Below, one piece after another: positions 24,457-33,827 of a stretch of 64,000 nt of DNA. The first letter of the stretch is position 1. Each line of letters opens with the position of its first letter. The notes beneath the pieces are model-generated. The model ran no database searches. It worked only from the letters and a program-made list of their open reading frames with translations, and was not told the origin of the DNA. The stretch is taken from contig REEW01000075.1 in assembly GCA_007694885.1 (NCBI GenBank), positions 8,551 through 72,550 of the forward strand. Direction: 5' to 3'. The DNA comes from Wenzhouxiangella sp. Lineage in GTDB: Bacteria > Pseudomonadota > Gammaproteobacteria > Xanthomonadales > Wenzhouxiangellaceae. The position numbers and the translations under genes were made by a program.

Positions 24457-26162
24457 GATCGTTCCTCGATTCGGCCCTCGCGCAGGCGGAACACGCAGTC
24501 GGCGGCCTCGACCAGACCCTCGTCGTGGCTGACCGCGAGCAGGGTCAGCTTGCCCCGGAGGTTCGTCACGGTCTCGATCACGGCCGCTTCGGATTCACTG
24601 TCGAGGTTGCTGGTTGCCTCGTCAAGGATCAGCAGGGCGGGCTGGTGAATCAGCGCGCGGGCGATCGCCAGGCGCTGGCGCTGGCCGCCCGAGAGCTTGC
24701 CGCCGCGCTCGCCCAGGAGGGTGTGCAGGCCCTGCGGCAGTTGCTCGACGAACTCCCATGCGTCGGCCTGCCTGAGCGCTTGTTCGGCAGCATCGGCCCC
24801 CAGCGCCGGGTCGCCGAGATTGAGATTGTTCAATACCGTGTCGTTGATCAGGAGCGAGTCCTGCGGCACGTAGCCGATCATGCGCCGCCACTGGAGGTGA
24901 TCGATTTCATCGAGGGCGACATCGTCGATCAGGACCGCGCCGCGATCGCAGTGCAACAGGCCGGCGACCAGGTCGATCAGGGTGGTCTTGCCCGAGCCGG
25001 ACGGACCGGTCAGAACGGTCAGCCGACCGGCATCGATGGTCAGGCTGATTTCATCGAGGATGGTCTGGTCGCCGTAGCCGAACGTCACCTTGTCGAAGCG
25101 AATGCCGCGGCGCAAGACGGGCTCGCGGTATCCGCGCGGCGGTTCGCGCTCGCCTTCGGCTTCTTCGATGGTCGCGCGCAGCGACCAGTAGGCGCTTTCG
25201 CTGACGGCCATGTGCTGGAGAGCACGCTGTCCCTTGGCCAGATGACTGACCGATCGGGCGATCAGAAAAATCAGGATCATGACCGTGGCCATGGGCATGC
25301 TCATCTGGACCAGGAAGAAGAAAAAGCCGACCCCGACCAGGATCGCCAGCATGGGCTCTTGCAGGGCAATCAGGGCCGCCTTGGCAAAGACCTGGTTTTT
25401 CAGGGCTTTTTTCAGCTGCTGGGTCTGGACCGAGAGCAGGCTGTCGATATGATCCTCGCGTGCCATGGCCTTGAGCGGTTTGACCGCGCCGAGTTGATCG
25501 GTCATGACCGACAGCAATGACTTGAGCAGACCGGTCTGGCGCCGTCCCGCTCCGCCGGCCATGCGGATCAGAAAGTGCAGCAGGCCGAGCAGGGCGCCGC
25601 CGAAGGCCAGCGCGATCAGGCTGGCTTGCCAGGAGATCAGTAGCGCCAGGCCGGCATAGATGACCGCGCTGATGCCCTGGGTGGCCATGACCGCGCCGTG
25701 GTAAAAGCCCTCCGAGGCTCGATGCGCCTCGGTTGCCATGGCGTTGGACAGCTTGCCCACCGGCTGGGCCAGGTAGTAGCGCCAGCGGCTGTGCATGACC
25801 GCCCGGATCAGGTTCAAACGCAGGTCGGTGGCCACGTGGGCCACGGTGTAGCCGACCTGGCGGTTGGCGAGCAGGACGATGACCGCCTTGAAGCCGATCA
25901 GGCCCACGCCCAGAACCAGCAGCGTGACCAGGGTGGGTTCCAGACCGAGACGCTCGACCAGGTCCAGGGCGACTTGTTCAGGCAGGGAAGGGTCGTCTTC
26001 GGCGCCGGTGGCCAGGTTGAGCATCGACAGCAACAGCGACAGTCCAAGACCATCCAGGAGCCCGGCGACGATCAGGGCGACCAGGGCCAGTGCGGTCCGC
26101 CCGGGGTAGGCCCGGGCAAAGGCGGCAAGCATGGCCAGGCCACCCTCGGTTCGGCGCTTCAT
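24453..26162 (-). CDS. ABC exporter (TMD-NBD fusion), putative glycolipid flippase
   Basis: GPSGSGKT, LSGGQ, ILDEATS; multi-TM N-terminus. Confidence 0.88.
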   Translation of the reverse strand: MKRRTEGGLAMLAAFARAYPGRTALALVALIVAGLLDGLGLSLLLSMLNLATGAEDDPSLPEQVALDLVERLGLEPTLVTLLVLGVGLIGFKAVIVLLANRQVGYTVAHVATDLRLNLIRAVMHSRWRYYLAQPVGKLSNAMATEAHRASEGFYHGAVMATQGISAVIYAGLALLISWQASLIALAFGGALLGLLHFLIRMAGGAGRRQTGLLKSLLSVMTDQLGAVKPLKAMAREDHIDSLLSVQTQQLKKALKNQVFAKAALIALQEPMLAILVGVGFFFFLVQMSMPMATVMILIFLIARSVSHLAKGQRALQHMAVSESAYWSLRATIEEAEGEREPPRGYREPVLRRGIRFDKVTFGYGDQTILDEISLTIDAGRLTVLTGPSGSGKTTLIDLVAGLLHCDRGAVLIDDVALDEIDHLQWRRMIGYVPQDSLLINDTVLNNLNLGDPALGADAAEQALRQADAWEFVEQLPQGLHTLLGERGGKLSGGQRQRLAIARALIHQPALLILDEATSNLDSESEAAVIETVTNLRGKLTLLAVSHDEGLVEAADCVFRLREGRIEERS

Positions 26163-27061
26163 CGAAATCCCCCCTGGCGCCACATCCGCCAGGCCAGGCC
26201 CCAGGCCGCCAGGCGCGGATACCGCCGCATGCGCTCGCTGGGCTCGACCCGCACCCCGCTGTGCCGCTCGACCTTCCAGACGATGTAGTCGATGCCGTTG
26301 CTGAAGGTGCCCGCGGCCTTGAACAGTCGGGCGAGGTTGAACAGTTTTCCGCTGAGCCGGCGCGCGAGCCAGCCGCCGCGCGCCATCGCCTTGTGCAGGC
26401 CGGTCGACGTCGGGGCCGAGGAAATCGCAAGGGCCGAGCTCAGCCGGCTCCAGTAGACCGGATCGGCTGCAATGAGGCGCCGGGCCGCCTGCGGCGGCTC
26501 CGGACGCAGCTCACAGCGATAAGTGGTGGCCAGGGCCAGGGTCCAGAACGCGGCTGAATCGGCAGTCGTTGCCGGTCCGGCAAGCGGCAGGACCCGGCGG
26601 GCAAAGAAGCGGGCCGCCACAGCCCTTGCATCGGCCAGTTCCCCGGCCAGCCCCGGGCTGCGGGCAAAAACCAGGCGGCAGGGCTGGCTGAAGCGCGCCC
26701 AGAAATACAGATCGATCGGATTGCGGCAGCGCCGGCAGAACTGGGCCGGGGTGATCACTGCGTATTTGCTCCGCAGTCGACCCTGTTCCGGGCCTGCTTC
26801 GAGGTAATACACGTTCGGCGGCAGTAGCCAGTTGAACAGGGCGGACGGACCCGTTCCGTAGAGGTCGCGATAACCCGAGACCAGGACCAGTAGATCGACC
26901 AGGCCGTCGCCGAGCTGGTCCTGGCGTCGGCACGAGCCGTACAGGAGCACGCCAAGCAGCTGATCGCCGTAACGCATTTTCAGCGCATCAAGCAGCGGTT
27001 CCAGGCCGCGCGGCGCCGCCGCGGCCAGGTCATCGAGCATGGTCTGCCGGACCGGATTCAC
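26159..27061 (-). CDS. Pol-beta-fold nucleotidyltransferase, Tam41/Mmp37-like (CpgC-like)
   Basis: LLYGSC..DGLVDLLV motif; KYAV and YFWARFSQP resemble Tam41 motifs; coupled to a kinase gene. Confidence 0.55.
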   Translation of the reverse strand: MNPVRQTMLDDLAAAAPRGLEPLLDALKMRYGDQLLGVLLYGSCRRQDQLGDGLVDLLVLVSGYRDLYGTGPSALFNWLLPPNVYYLEAGPEQGRLRSKYAVITPAQFCRRCRNPIDLYFWARFSQPCRLVFARSPGLAGELADARAVAARFFARRVLPLAGPATTADSAAFWTLALATTYRCELRPEPPQAARRLIAADPVYWSRLSSALAISSAPTSTGLHKAMARGGWLARRLSGKLFNLARLFKAAGTFSNGIDYIVWKVERHSGVRVEPSERMRRYPRLAAWGLAWRMWRQGGFR

Positions 27062-28065
27062 GGGCGCAGGAAACGAAACGCCGGTCCGGCCTGCACGGTC
27101 AGGGTTTCGTCCGGGTCCAGGCTGAACTCCTGGCCGTCCAGGCAGATCGACGGCAGGCCCTGAAGGCGCAGACGCCGGGTGCGTCCGCTCAGGTAGCCGC
27201 TGGCGGGATTCTGGTCGGGATGGAATCGCCCCCTGACCAGGGCCGGCAGGCGGCGCCAGAATCGGCGCGCATCGGCCCCGATGACGGTCAGGCGCAGCGC
27301 GCCGGTGCCGCGGTCGGCGTACGGGTCGATGCCGCCGGCGTGTTCGAGCGAGCTCAGCAGCACCAGGCGCACGTGGCCGTCAAGTGCGCCCAGCCCGTCG
27401 GCTTCGATGCGAAGTTTCGGCTGATGAAAGCTGCGCCGCCCGGACAGGCCGAGCAGGGCCAGCTGAGCAACCCGCCACAGCGTGGCCGGATGACCGGACC
27501 GTAGCCAGCCTTTTTTCTTGCGCCGATACTCGTGGCAGTCGCGGATGATTTCGTCGACCAGGGCGCCGGCAACGAAAAAACCGTACAGCGTGCCGTGCGT
27601 TGCGCTGCCGAGCTGCAAAACCCGGCGCTGCTCGACCGTCCAGGAGTCCGGCGAGTCGATCAGCTGCTCCAGCGATCGAAACAGGCGCGCGTGACTACCC
27701 AGATCGCGCGCGGTGAAGTTGGTCCGGCCGCCGCCGAGCATGCAAAGGATGGGTGCCGAGCCGTTTTCGGCCTGGTCGGCCAGGCAGGTGACCGTGGCCT
27801 GCAGGGTGCCGTCACCGCCGATGACGATGAGCCGGTCGCGGGCATCAAGCTCGGCGCGGCCCAGTGCCGTCGCGATTTCATCGGGGCCGTGGGCGCGATA
27901 CAGGGTGATGCCGCGGCCATCGACGAATCGTGTGATTCGGGCCAGTCGATTCGCCCCGCTCATGCGGAAGCTGTCCGGGTTGACCAGAATCACCGTTCTC
28001 GGACTGCGCCTTTCAGGCGCCGGCGAAATCGGGTTGGAAACGTGGGCGGCCGCCAGGCTCGTCAT
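27058..28065 (-). CDS. Diacylglycerol/sphingosine kinase family protein (putative ceramide kinase, CpgB-like)
   Basis: LVNPDS, IGGDGTL, LGGGRTN, LDGQ; start at 28065 inferred, not 28578. Confidence 0.78.
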   Translation of the reverse strand: MTSLAAAHVSNPISPAPERRSPRTVILVNPDSFRMSGANRLARITRFVDGRGITLYRAHGPDEIATALGRAELDARDRLIVIGGDGTLQATVTCLADQAENGSAPILCMLGGGRTNFTARDLGSHARLFRSLEQLIDSPDSWTVEQRRVLQLGSATHGTLYGFFVAGALVDEIIRDCHEYRRKKKGWLRSGHPATLWRVAQLALLGLSGRRSFHQPKLRIEADGLGALDGHVRLVLLSSLEHAGGIDPYADRGTGALRLTVIGADARRFWRRLPALVRGRFHPDQNPASGYLSGRTRRLRLQGLPSICLDGQEFSLDPDETLTVQAGPAFRFLRP

Positions 28066-28112
28066 GGGCTCTCGGTTCGAGGTGGGTAACGGCGCGGCCG
28101 GTCTGCGCCTGC

Positions 28113-29198
28113 TCAGGCCGATTTGCTTGCCTGCCAGGTCGTGATGGCCGAGCGCGCCGGCTCGACCTGGCGGGCGCGACCGAACAGGCGTGCGACCACC
28201 TTGAAATAGTTCTCGTGGCTGGCTGAGGCGTACGGCGAGTCCGGACCGAAATGGGCCATCAGTCGCCGATGCGCCGTACCCATGTTGTGGTACGGCAGCC
28301 CGGGAAACAGGTGGTGCAGGGCATGGTAGCGAAGGCCGACCGGAAACAGCCAGACGGTGAGCCAGGTCTGCCCGGTGATGTTGATGGAGTCTTCCAGCTG
28401 GGCGAGGTGGCTCATGGCCTCGCCCCGGTTGGCATAGCTGTGGGCGGCCAGGTTGCGCACCCAGTTCAGGCCCAGGGTCCAGGCATGCAGCACCCAGGCC
28501 ATCAGCCAGTGCACCGGCTCGACCGGCCCGGCAACGGTCAGCAGCAGCCAGAACGCGATCCAGCCGAAGCTGAGCCACTCGACGATATGAAGGTGGCGCT
28601 GGTCCTTCGCCGGAAACGGCTTGTGATAATAAGGGTTGGACACGTAGGCCGACCCGTTGCTCAGCAGCCAGGCCCGCAGCTTCGGGCTGAGCCGGGACAG
28701 CGGGCCGGCCACGCCGAAGCGGACCAGGGCCAGCAGCGGCAGCAGCGGAATCTGGATCAGGTACTTGATCGTCTCGCGCACGGGTGCCGCGGCCAGTGGC
28801 AGGTATTCACCATCGCGGGGCGTTCCGAAATGCGCCCGCGAATGGTGTTCGATGTGGTTGCGGTAGAGAATCCACGGCATCAGCAGGGGCACCCCGATCA
28901 GCAGGTTCCAGGCGCGCTTGAAGCCGACCATTTCCCGGCGACCCATGTGCACGATTTCGTGCATGAACGTTCCGGCCCGGAAAAACGCGATGCCGGCCAC
29001 GACCAGGCCGGCGATCTGCCAGACCGACCCGGCCGCGGCGGTGAAATAGGTCACGGTCGCGGCCCAGGCAATCGCCGCGCTCAACAGCAGGTCAACCCAG
29101 TACACGGAGGCACTGCGGGCGAACAGATCGCCGACCTGGCCATGCGCTTCGCGTATCCACTCTTTTTCGGCCTTTGCATCCATCGCCGGTCTATCCAT
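28113..29198 (-). CDS. Membrane fatty acid desaturase/hydroxylase
   Basis: Three His boxes HEIVH, HIEHH, HALHH; TM helices. Confidence 0.88.
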   Translation of the reverse strand: MDRPAMDAKAEKEWIREAHGQVGDLFARSASVYWVDLLLSAAIAWAATVTYFTAAAGSVWQIAGLVVAGIAFFRAGTFMHEIVHMGRREMVGFKRAWNLLIGVPLLMPWILYRNHIEHHSRAHFGTPRDGEYLPLAAAPVRETIKYLIQIPLLPLLALVRFGVAGPLSRLSPKLRAWLLSNGSAYVSNPYYHKPFPAKDQRHLHIVEWLSFGWIAFWLLLTVAGPVEPVHWLMAWVLHAWTLGLNWVRNLAAHSYANRGEAMSHLAQLEDSINITGQTWLTVWLFPVGLRYHALHHLFPGLPYHNMGTAHRRLMAHFGPDSPYASASHENYFKVVARLFGRARQVEPARSAITTWQASKSA

Positions 29199-29311
29199 CG
29201 TGATCCACCACACGTCAACCTGCAATTATACCCAGCGCGGCGCATGCACGAATGCAATAGTCGATTTGTCCTTGGCGTAAAATCACGGTTTGACCGCAAG
29301 CACCGGCCCCG

Positions 29312-30205
29312 ATGATTGATCGTCTCCGCCTGTACCGTGCCGGAATCTGGGCAGTGACCGCTCCGCTGCCGCGCAATCGTCGCAAGGCCTTGCGCCACCG
29401 ACTGCGCGCCGGCCTCGACAACCGCCGCACGCTGGGCGCCGACCTCCTGGTCCTGTCCCGGGCCAAGAGCGGGCGGACCTGGCTGCGGGCCATGCTCTCG
29501 CGCCTGTACCAGCACCGCCACGGCCTGGGCGAGCGCCAGCTGATCGAATACGACAACTTCCATCGCCAGTGCAATGCCGTGCCGATCATTGCCATGAGCC
29601 ACGGCCACTACCTCGATCAGCTGGCTCGACATGCGCGTCATGGCCCCGTGCTGAAGGCCAGGCCGGTGGTTTTTCTGCTCCGGGATCCGCGCGATGTGGC
29701 CGTATCGGAGTATTTTCAGTCCACCCGCCGGGCCAGCGCCCACAAGCGCGAGCTCTACGAGGTCGAGCAGGCCTCGTCGATGTTCGAGTTCGTCATGCTC
29801 TCGCCGCTGGGGCTGCCGGCGATCTGCGACTACCTGAACTTCTGGCACCGCGAGCTCGATGGCTGGCCGCGCGTTTACCGCTTGTTTTATGAAGCCTTGC
29901 GCGCCGATCCCGGCGCTGAAATGGCGCGTCTGCTGGCGTTTCTCGGGCAGGACTTCAGCGCCGACGAGATCGCCGAGGCGGTGGAATTCACCTCGTTTGA
30001 GGCACTGAAGCGAAAAGAGCGCGAAAACTTCTTTCACAACAGCCGCCTGCAGGCGGCCAACGTCGAAGACCCCGACTCCTACAAGGTTCGCCGTGGCAAG
30101 GTCGGCGGCTATCGCGACTACTTCGACAGCGAGGAGATCGAGCGCATCGACCGGTTCGTGGCCGAGCGCCTGGCGCCCGACCTGCTGGCCCGGTTGACGA
30201 GCTGA
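29312..30205 (+). CDS. PAPS-dependent sulfotransferase
   Basis: 5'-PSB KSGRTW, 3'-PB LRDPRDVAVS, C-terminal RRGKVGGY. Confidence 0.9.
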   Translation: MIDRLRLYRAGIWAVTAPLPRNRRKALRHRLRAGLDNRRTLGADLLVLSRAKSGRTWLRAMLSRLYQHRHGLGERQLIEYDNFHRQCNAVPIIAMSHGHYLDQLARHARHGPVLKARPVVFLLRDPRDVAVSEYFQSTRRASAHKRELYEVEQASSMFEFVMLSPLGLPAICDYLNFWHRELDGWPRVYRLFYEALRADPGAEMARLLAFLGQDFSADEIAEAVEFTSFEALKRKERENFFHNSRLQAANVEDPDSYKVRRGKVGGYRDYFDSEEIERIDRFVAERLAPDLLARLTS

Positions 30206-30211
30206 CAGCGC

Positions 30212-31570
30212 ATGCAGCCCGGCGCTGTCCTCATTCTTCCCTGCGAGACGCGCGTTCGGGAATTCGACGCCAAGTTGCTGCTCGGCATGCTCACCGCGGC
30301 GGCCGGCGGCGTTGCCATCGTCGGCAGCAAAAAGCCGATCGATCTGAGCTTGAGTCGCTTTCCTCCGGGGATCTACGTGGGCAAAAGCCTGACCGCGCGT
30401 TCTCGCCACAATCTTGCCATCGCCCGCGCCTGCGGTCATCGCGTGGTGCTGTGGGACGAAGAGGGTCTGGTCTGGGCCTCGCCGGAGGTGTACTGGAAGA
30501 CCAAGGTCGACCCTGAAACGCTCAATGCCCCGGAGCTGCTCATCGCCTGGGGAGAAGACAATGCCCAGGTCTGGCGTGACCACCCGGACTATGCTGGACC
30601 GCCGATCGAGGCGCTGGGCAACCCGCGCGCCGATCTGCTCACCCCCCGCCTGAGATCGCTGTTCGAGGCGGAAGTGGGCAGCATCCGGGCGACCCATGGC
30701 CGCTTCATTCTGATCAACACCAACTTCTCCCGGGTCAATCACCTCCAGCCGCGCCAGAACCGGCATCTCAAGTGGCTCAGGGAAAAGCGCCCCGACGATC
30801 CGCGTGGCGGCTTTGCCGCCCACAAGTTCGAGTTGTTTCAGGCTTTTTCCGACATGGTTCCCGAGCTTGCCCGGCGCCTGCCGGAGGTGCACTTCGTCGT
30901 CCGCCCGCACCCGAGCGAGAAGCGCCAGACCTGGGAACACGTAGCGGCCGGATTCGACAATGTCTCGGTCGCCCAGCACGGAAACGTGGTTGCGTGGCTG
31001 CTGGCCAGCGACGGCCTGATCCACAACGGCTGCACCACGGCCGTCGAGGCGTTTCAGCTGGACCGTCCGGCCATTGCGTTCCGGCCGGTGCGCTCGGCCC
31101 GCTACGATCATGCGCTGCCCAACGACATCAGCCTGGCAGCCGCCGACCTCGACGAGTTGGCCGGCCTGGTCGAGCGGGCCAGCGCGGACTCCGCGGCGCT
31201 GTTTTCCGAGCAGGCCGGCAGCGAAAGCCGCCAGGTCATGCGCGCAGCGCTGGCCGGTTTCGGAGAGCACGGGTTGGCCAGCGAGCGCATTGTGGCGCGC
31301 CTGGGCCAGCTGAGCGAGCAAGGCTCCATCCATGGCGCGCGCAGCCGCTGGATGCCGGCTGTCCTCGCCTTTCGGCGCCTGCTGCGGCTTCTCGAGCAGC
31401 GCCTGCCGGGCACGGCCAACTACCGCCCCTACCTGGCCCACATGTTCCCGGATATCGACCAGGCCGAGGTCGAGCAGAGCCTGCGACAGATGGCGTCGTG
31501 CCTGGACATTGCGCCGGTCCCGCGGGTCCGTGAACTCGAGACCAACGTGTTCCGGCTGGAGCCGGCCTGA
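30212..31570 (+). CDS. Surface carbohydrate biosynthesis protein (putative GT-B transferase)
   Basis: ETRVREFDAKLLL, WDEEGL, GNPRADLL, VRPHPSE, IHNGCTTAVEA. Confidence 0.7.
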   Translation: MQPGAVLILPCETRVREFDAKLLLGMLTAAAGGVAIVGSKKPIDLSLSRFPPGIYVGKSLTARSRHNLAIARACGHRVVLWDEEGLVWASPEVYWKTKVDPETLNAPELLIAWGEDNAQVWRDHPDYAGPPIEALGNPRADLLTPRLRSLFEAEVGSIRATHGRFILINTNFSRVNHLQPRQNRHLKWLREKRPDDPRGGFAAHKFELFQAFSDMVPELARRLPEVHFVVRPHPSEKRQTWEHVAAGFDNVSVAQHGNVVAWLLASDGLIHNGCTTAVEAFQLDRPAIAFRPVRSARYDHALPNDISLAAADLDELAGLVERASADSAALFSEQAGSESRQVMRAALAGFGEHGLASERIVARLGQLSEQGSIHGARSRWMPAVLAFRRLLRLLEQRLPGTANYRPYLAHMFPDIDQAEVEQSLRQMASCLDIAPVPRVRELETNVFRLEPA

Positions 31571-31663
31571 ACCGGGCCCTTGCGACCACGGGGTCCTTGG
31601 TAAACTGACCAGGTCGAACATGAAACCTTTCCCATTGTTCCAGAACACCGGGTGCAGCAGCCA

Positions 31664-32728
31664 ATGACCAACGTCAAGATTCTCGGTGCCGGCTCGATCG
31701 GCAACCACCTCGCCCACGGCGCCCGCCGACTGGGTTGGGAGGTCACCTTGAGCGATGTCGACCCGGCCGCGCTGGAGCGGACGCGCAGCGATATTTACCC
31801 GTCACGCTACGGCAGCTGGGATGATGCGATTCGGCTGGCAGCGCCGGCCGAACTCGGCAACGAGCGCTTCGACGTGGTCATCCTGGGCACCCCTCCCGAC
31901 ACCCACATTCCACTGGCCCTGGCCGAGATCGACCGGGCGCCGCCGCGCCTGATGCTGATCGAGAAACCGCTGAGTCCGCCCGACCTGGGCCCCTGCTCGG
32001 AACTGGTCGCGGCCGCCACCCGGGCCCAGGTGCGCGTCCTGGTCGGCTACAACCATCGCCTCACCCGCCATACCGCGCTGGCGGCGGAATGGCTCAAGGA
32101 CTCACCTCTTGGAGAAGCAACCACCCTGCGCGCCATGACCCGCGAACACTGGGGCGGCATCTTTGCCGCCCACCCCTGGCTGGCCGGGCCGGCCGATAGC
32201 TACCTGGGCTTCACCGCGCGCGGCGGCGGCGCGCTGGGCGAGCACAGTCATGCGATCAACATCTGGCAGTACTTTGCCGAACTGGCCGGCTGCGGGCGCA
32301 TTGTCGAGGTGGCCTGCATGCTCGACGAGGTCCGTCAGGACGGCGCCGCCTACGATCGCATCGCCCAGCTTTCGGTGCGCACCGAGCACGGCCTGGTCGG
32401 CACCATCGTCCAGGACGTGATTACGCGCCCGGCGCAGAAGTGGCTGCGTCTGGAAGGCAGCGAGGGGTATCTGGAATGGCAGGTCAGCGTGGATGCCGAT
32501 CACGACCTGGTTCGCCTGGTCGAGCACGACGGTCGGGTGCGCGAGGAACGTGTGGCCAAAACCCGGCCGGACGATTTTCGTGGTGAACTCGAGCATATGA
32601 ACGCCTTGCTCGGTCAGCCGCAGGCGCCGTCGCCGATCGATCTGGACTCCGGTCTGGAGACCATGCGGGTCATCGTCGCCGCGCTGCGCTCGGCCCGCGA
32701 AGGCCGGACCGTTCGGGTCGAGCGCTGA
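31664..32728 (+). CDS. Gfo/Idh/MocA family oxidoreductase
   Basis: GAGSIG, GTPPDTH, IEKP, VGYN, GGGALGEHSH. Confidence 0.85.
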   Translation: MTNVKILGAGSIGNHLAHGARRLGWEVTLSDVDPAALERTRSDIYPSRYGSWDDAIRLAAPAELGNERFDVVILGTPPDTHIPLALAEIDRAPPRLMLIEKPLSPPDLGPCSELVAAATRAQVRVLVGYNHRLTRHTALAAEWLKDSPLGEATTLRAMTREHWGGIFAAHPWLAGPADSYLGFTARGGGALGEHSHAINIWQYFAELAGCGRIVEVACMLDEVRQDGAAYDRIAQLSVRTEHGLVGTIVQDVITRPAQKWLRLEGSEGYLEWQVSVDADHDLVRLVEHDGRVREERVAKTRPDDFRGELEHMNALLGQPQAPSPIDLDSGLETMRVIVAALRSAREGRTVRVER

Positions 32729-32733
32729 AGCCG

Positions 32734-33798
32734 GTGAGGGCGGGGCAGCGCATCCTGGCCGTGGTGCCGGCCCGCGGCGGCAGCAAGGGCATTGCGCTGA
32801 AGAATCTGCACCCGGTGGCCGGCAAGCCGCTGCTGGTGCACACCGCCGAACTGCTTGGACGGCTCGACTGGGTTGACCGGGCGGTGGTGTCCACCGATCA
32901 CCTGCTGGTGCGCCAGACCGCGCTCGAGGCCGGCCTGGATGCACCGTTCATGCGCCCGCCCGAGTTGTCCGGCGACCGCATCGGGGACATTGAAGTGCTG
33001 CAGCATGCGCTGGCTGCCACCGAGAGCGACGACGGTACTCGCTACGACATCGTGGTGATGCTGCAGCCGACCTCGCCGCTGCGGCGCGCGGAAGACGTCA
33101 CCGCCGCCGTCGACAAGCTCCTGGCCGAACGACTCGACAGCGTCTGGACGGTCAGCCCCACCGATCTGAAAGCGCATCCGCTCAAGCAACTGGTCATCGA
33201 CCCCCGGGGTCGACTGGATTATTTCGACCCCCGGGGCGCCGACATCGTCGCCCGCCAGCAGCTCGAGCCGGTCTACCACCGCAACGGCGTGGCCTATGTC
33301 CTGCGCGCCGAGGCGCTCAGGCAGGGCCGGCTGATGGGCGAGCGGGCCGGCGCTCTGGTGATCGACGATGTACAGGTCAGCATCGACACGCTCGAGGATG
33401 TCGAGCGGGTGGAAAAGGTGCTCCAGGATGGGTCAGCGCCGTCGACCGCGGACGATCCCGCCCCGGCCCGGCCGCGCAGCCTGGTCATCGACATTGACGG
33501 GGTCGTGGCCGAAGCGCTGCCCGAACTCGATTACGCCCAGGCCGGTCCGATCCGCGCCAACATTGCCCGGATCAACGCGCTGTTCGAGGCCGGCTGCCAC
33601 ATCACCCTGTTCACCGCGCGCGGCTCGGGCACGGGCAAGGACTGGCGGGCGGTCACCGAGGAGCAATTGACCCGCTGGGGCGTCCGTTATCATGATCTGC
33701 GTTTCGGCAAGCCGCCGGCCGACTACTACATTGACGACCGCCTGGTCACCCTGGCCCACGTGCTTGCCCTGTGTGGCCGGGCCGATCCGGTGGCCTGA
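32734..33798 (+). CDS. neuA: Acylneuraminate (CMP-nonulosonate) cytidylyltransferase fused to HAD phosphatase
   Basis: PARGGSKGIALKN, LQPTSPLR, NG, IDTLED; C-terminal DIDG, FTARG, GKP..YIDD. Confidence 0.85.
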   Translation: MRAGQRILAVVPARGGSKGIALKNLHPVAGKPLLVHTAELLGRLDWVDRAVVSTDHLLVRQTALEAGLDAPFMRPPELSGDRIGDIEVLQHALAATESDDGTRYDIVVMLQPTSPLRRAEDVTAAVDKLLAERLDSVWTVSPTDLKAHPLKQLVIDPRGRLDYFDPRGADIVARQQLEPVYHRNGVAYVLRAEALRQGRLMGERAGALVIDDVQVSIDTLEDVERVEKVLQDGSAPSTADDPAPARPRSLVIDIDGVVAEALPELDYAQAGPIRANIARINALFEAGCHITLFTARGSGTGKDWRAVTEEQLTRWGVRYHDLRFGKPPADYYIDDRLVTLAHVLALCGRADPVA

Positions 33799-33827
33799 AA
33801 CCGATTTACTTGGCAAGGAAACACACA

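Noticed and set aside
28066-28578. N-terminal extension of the kinase ORF, suggesting a desaturase-kinase fusion or frameshift
   Set aside because: Out-of-frame overlap; the desaturase has all three His boxes and its own stop, and no slippery site was seen.
29081-31717. 878-aa minus-strand ORF (also 37402-39558, 39737-41635, 4601-6466, 17056-18774, 21189-22787)
   Set aside because: Antisense shadows of well-supported genes, as expected in high-GC DNA; no recognisable motifs.
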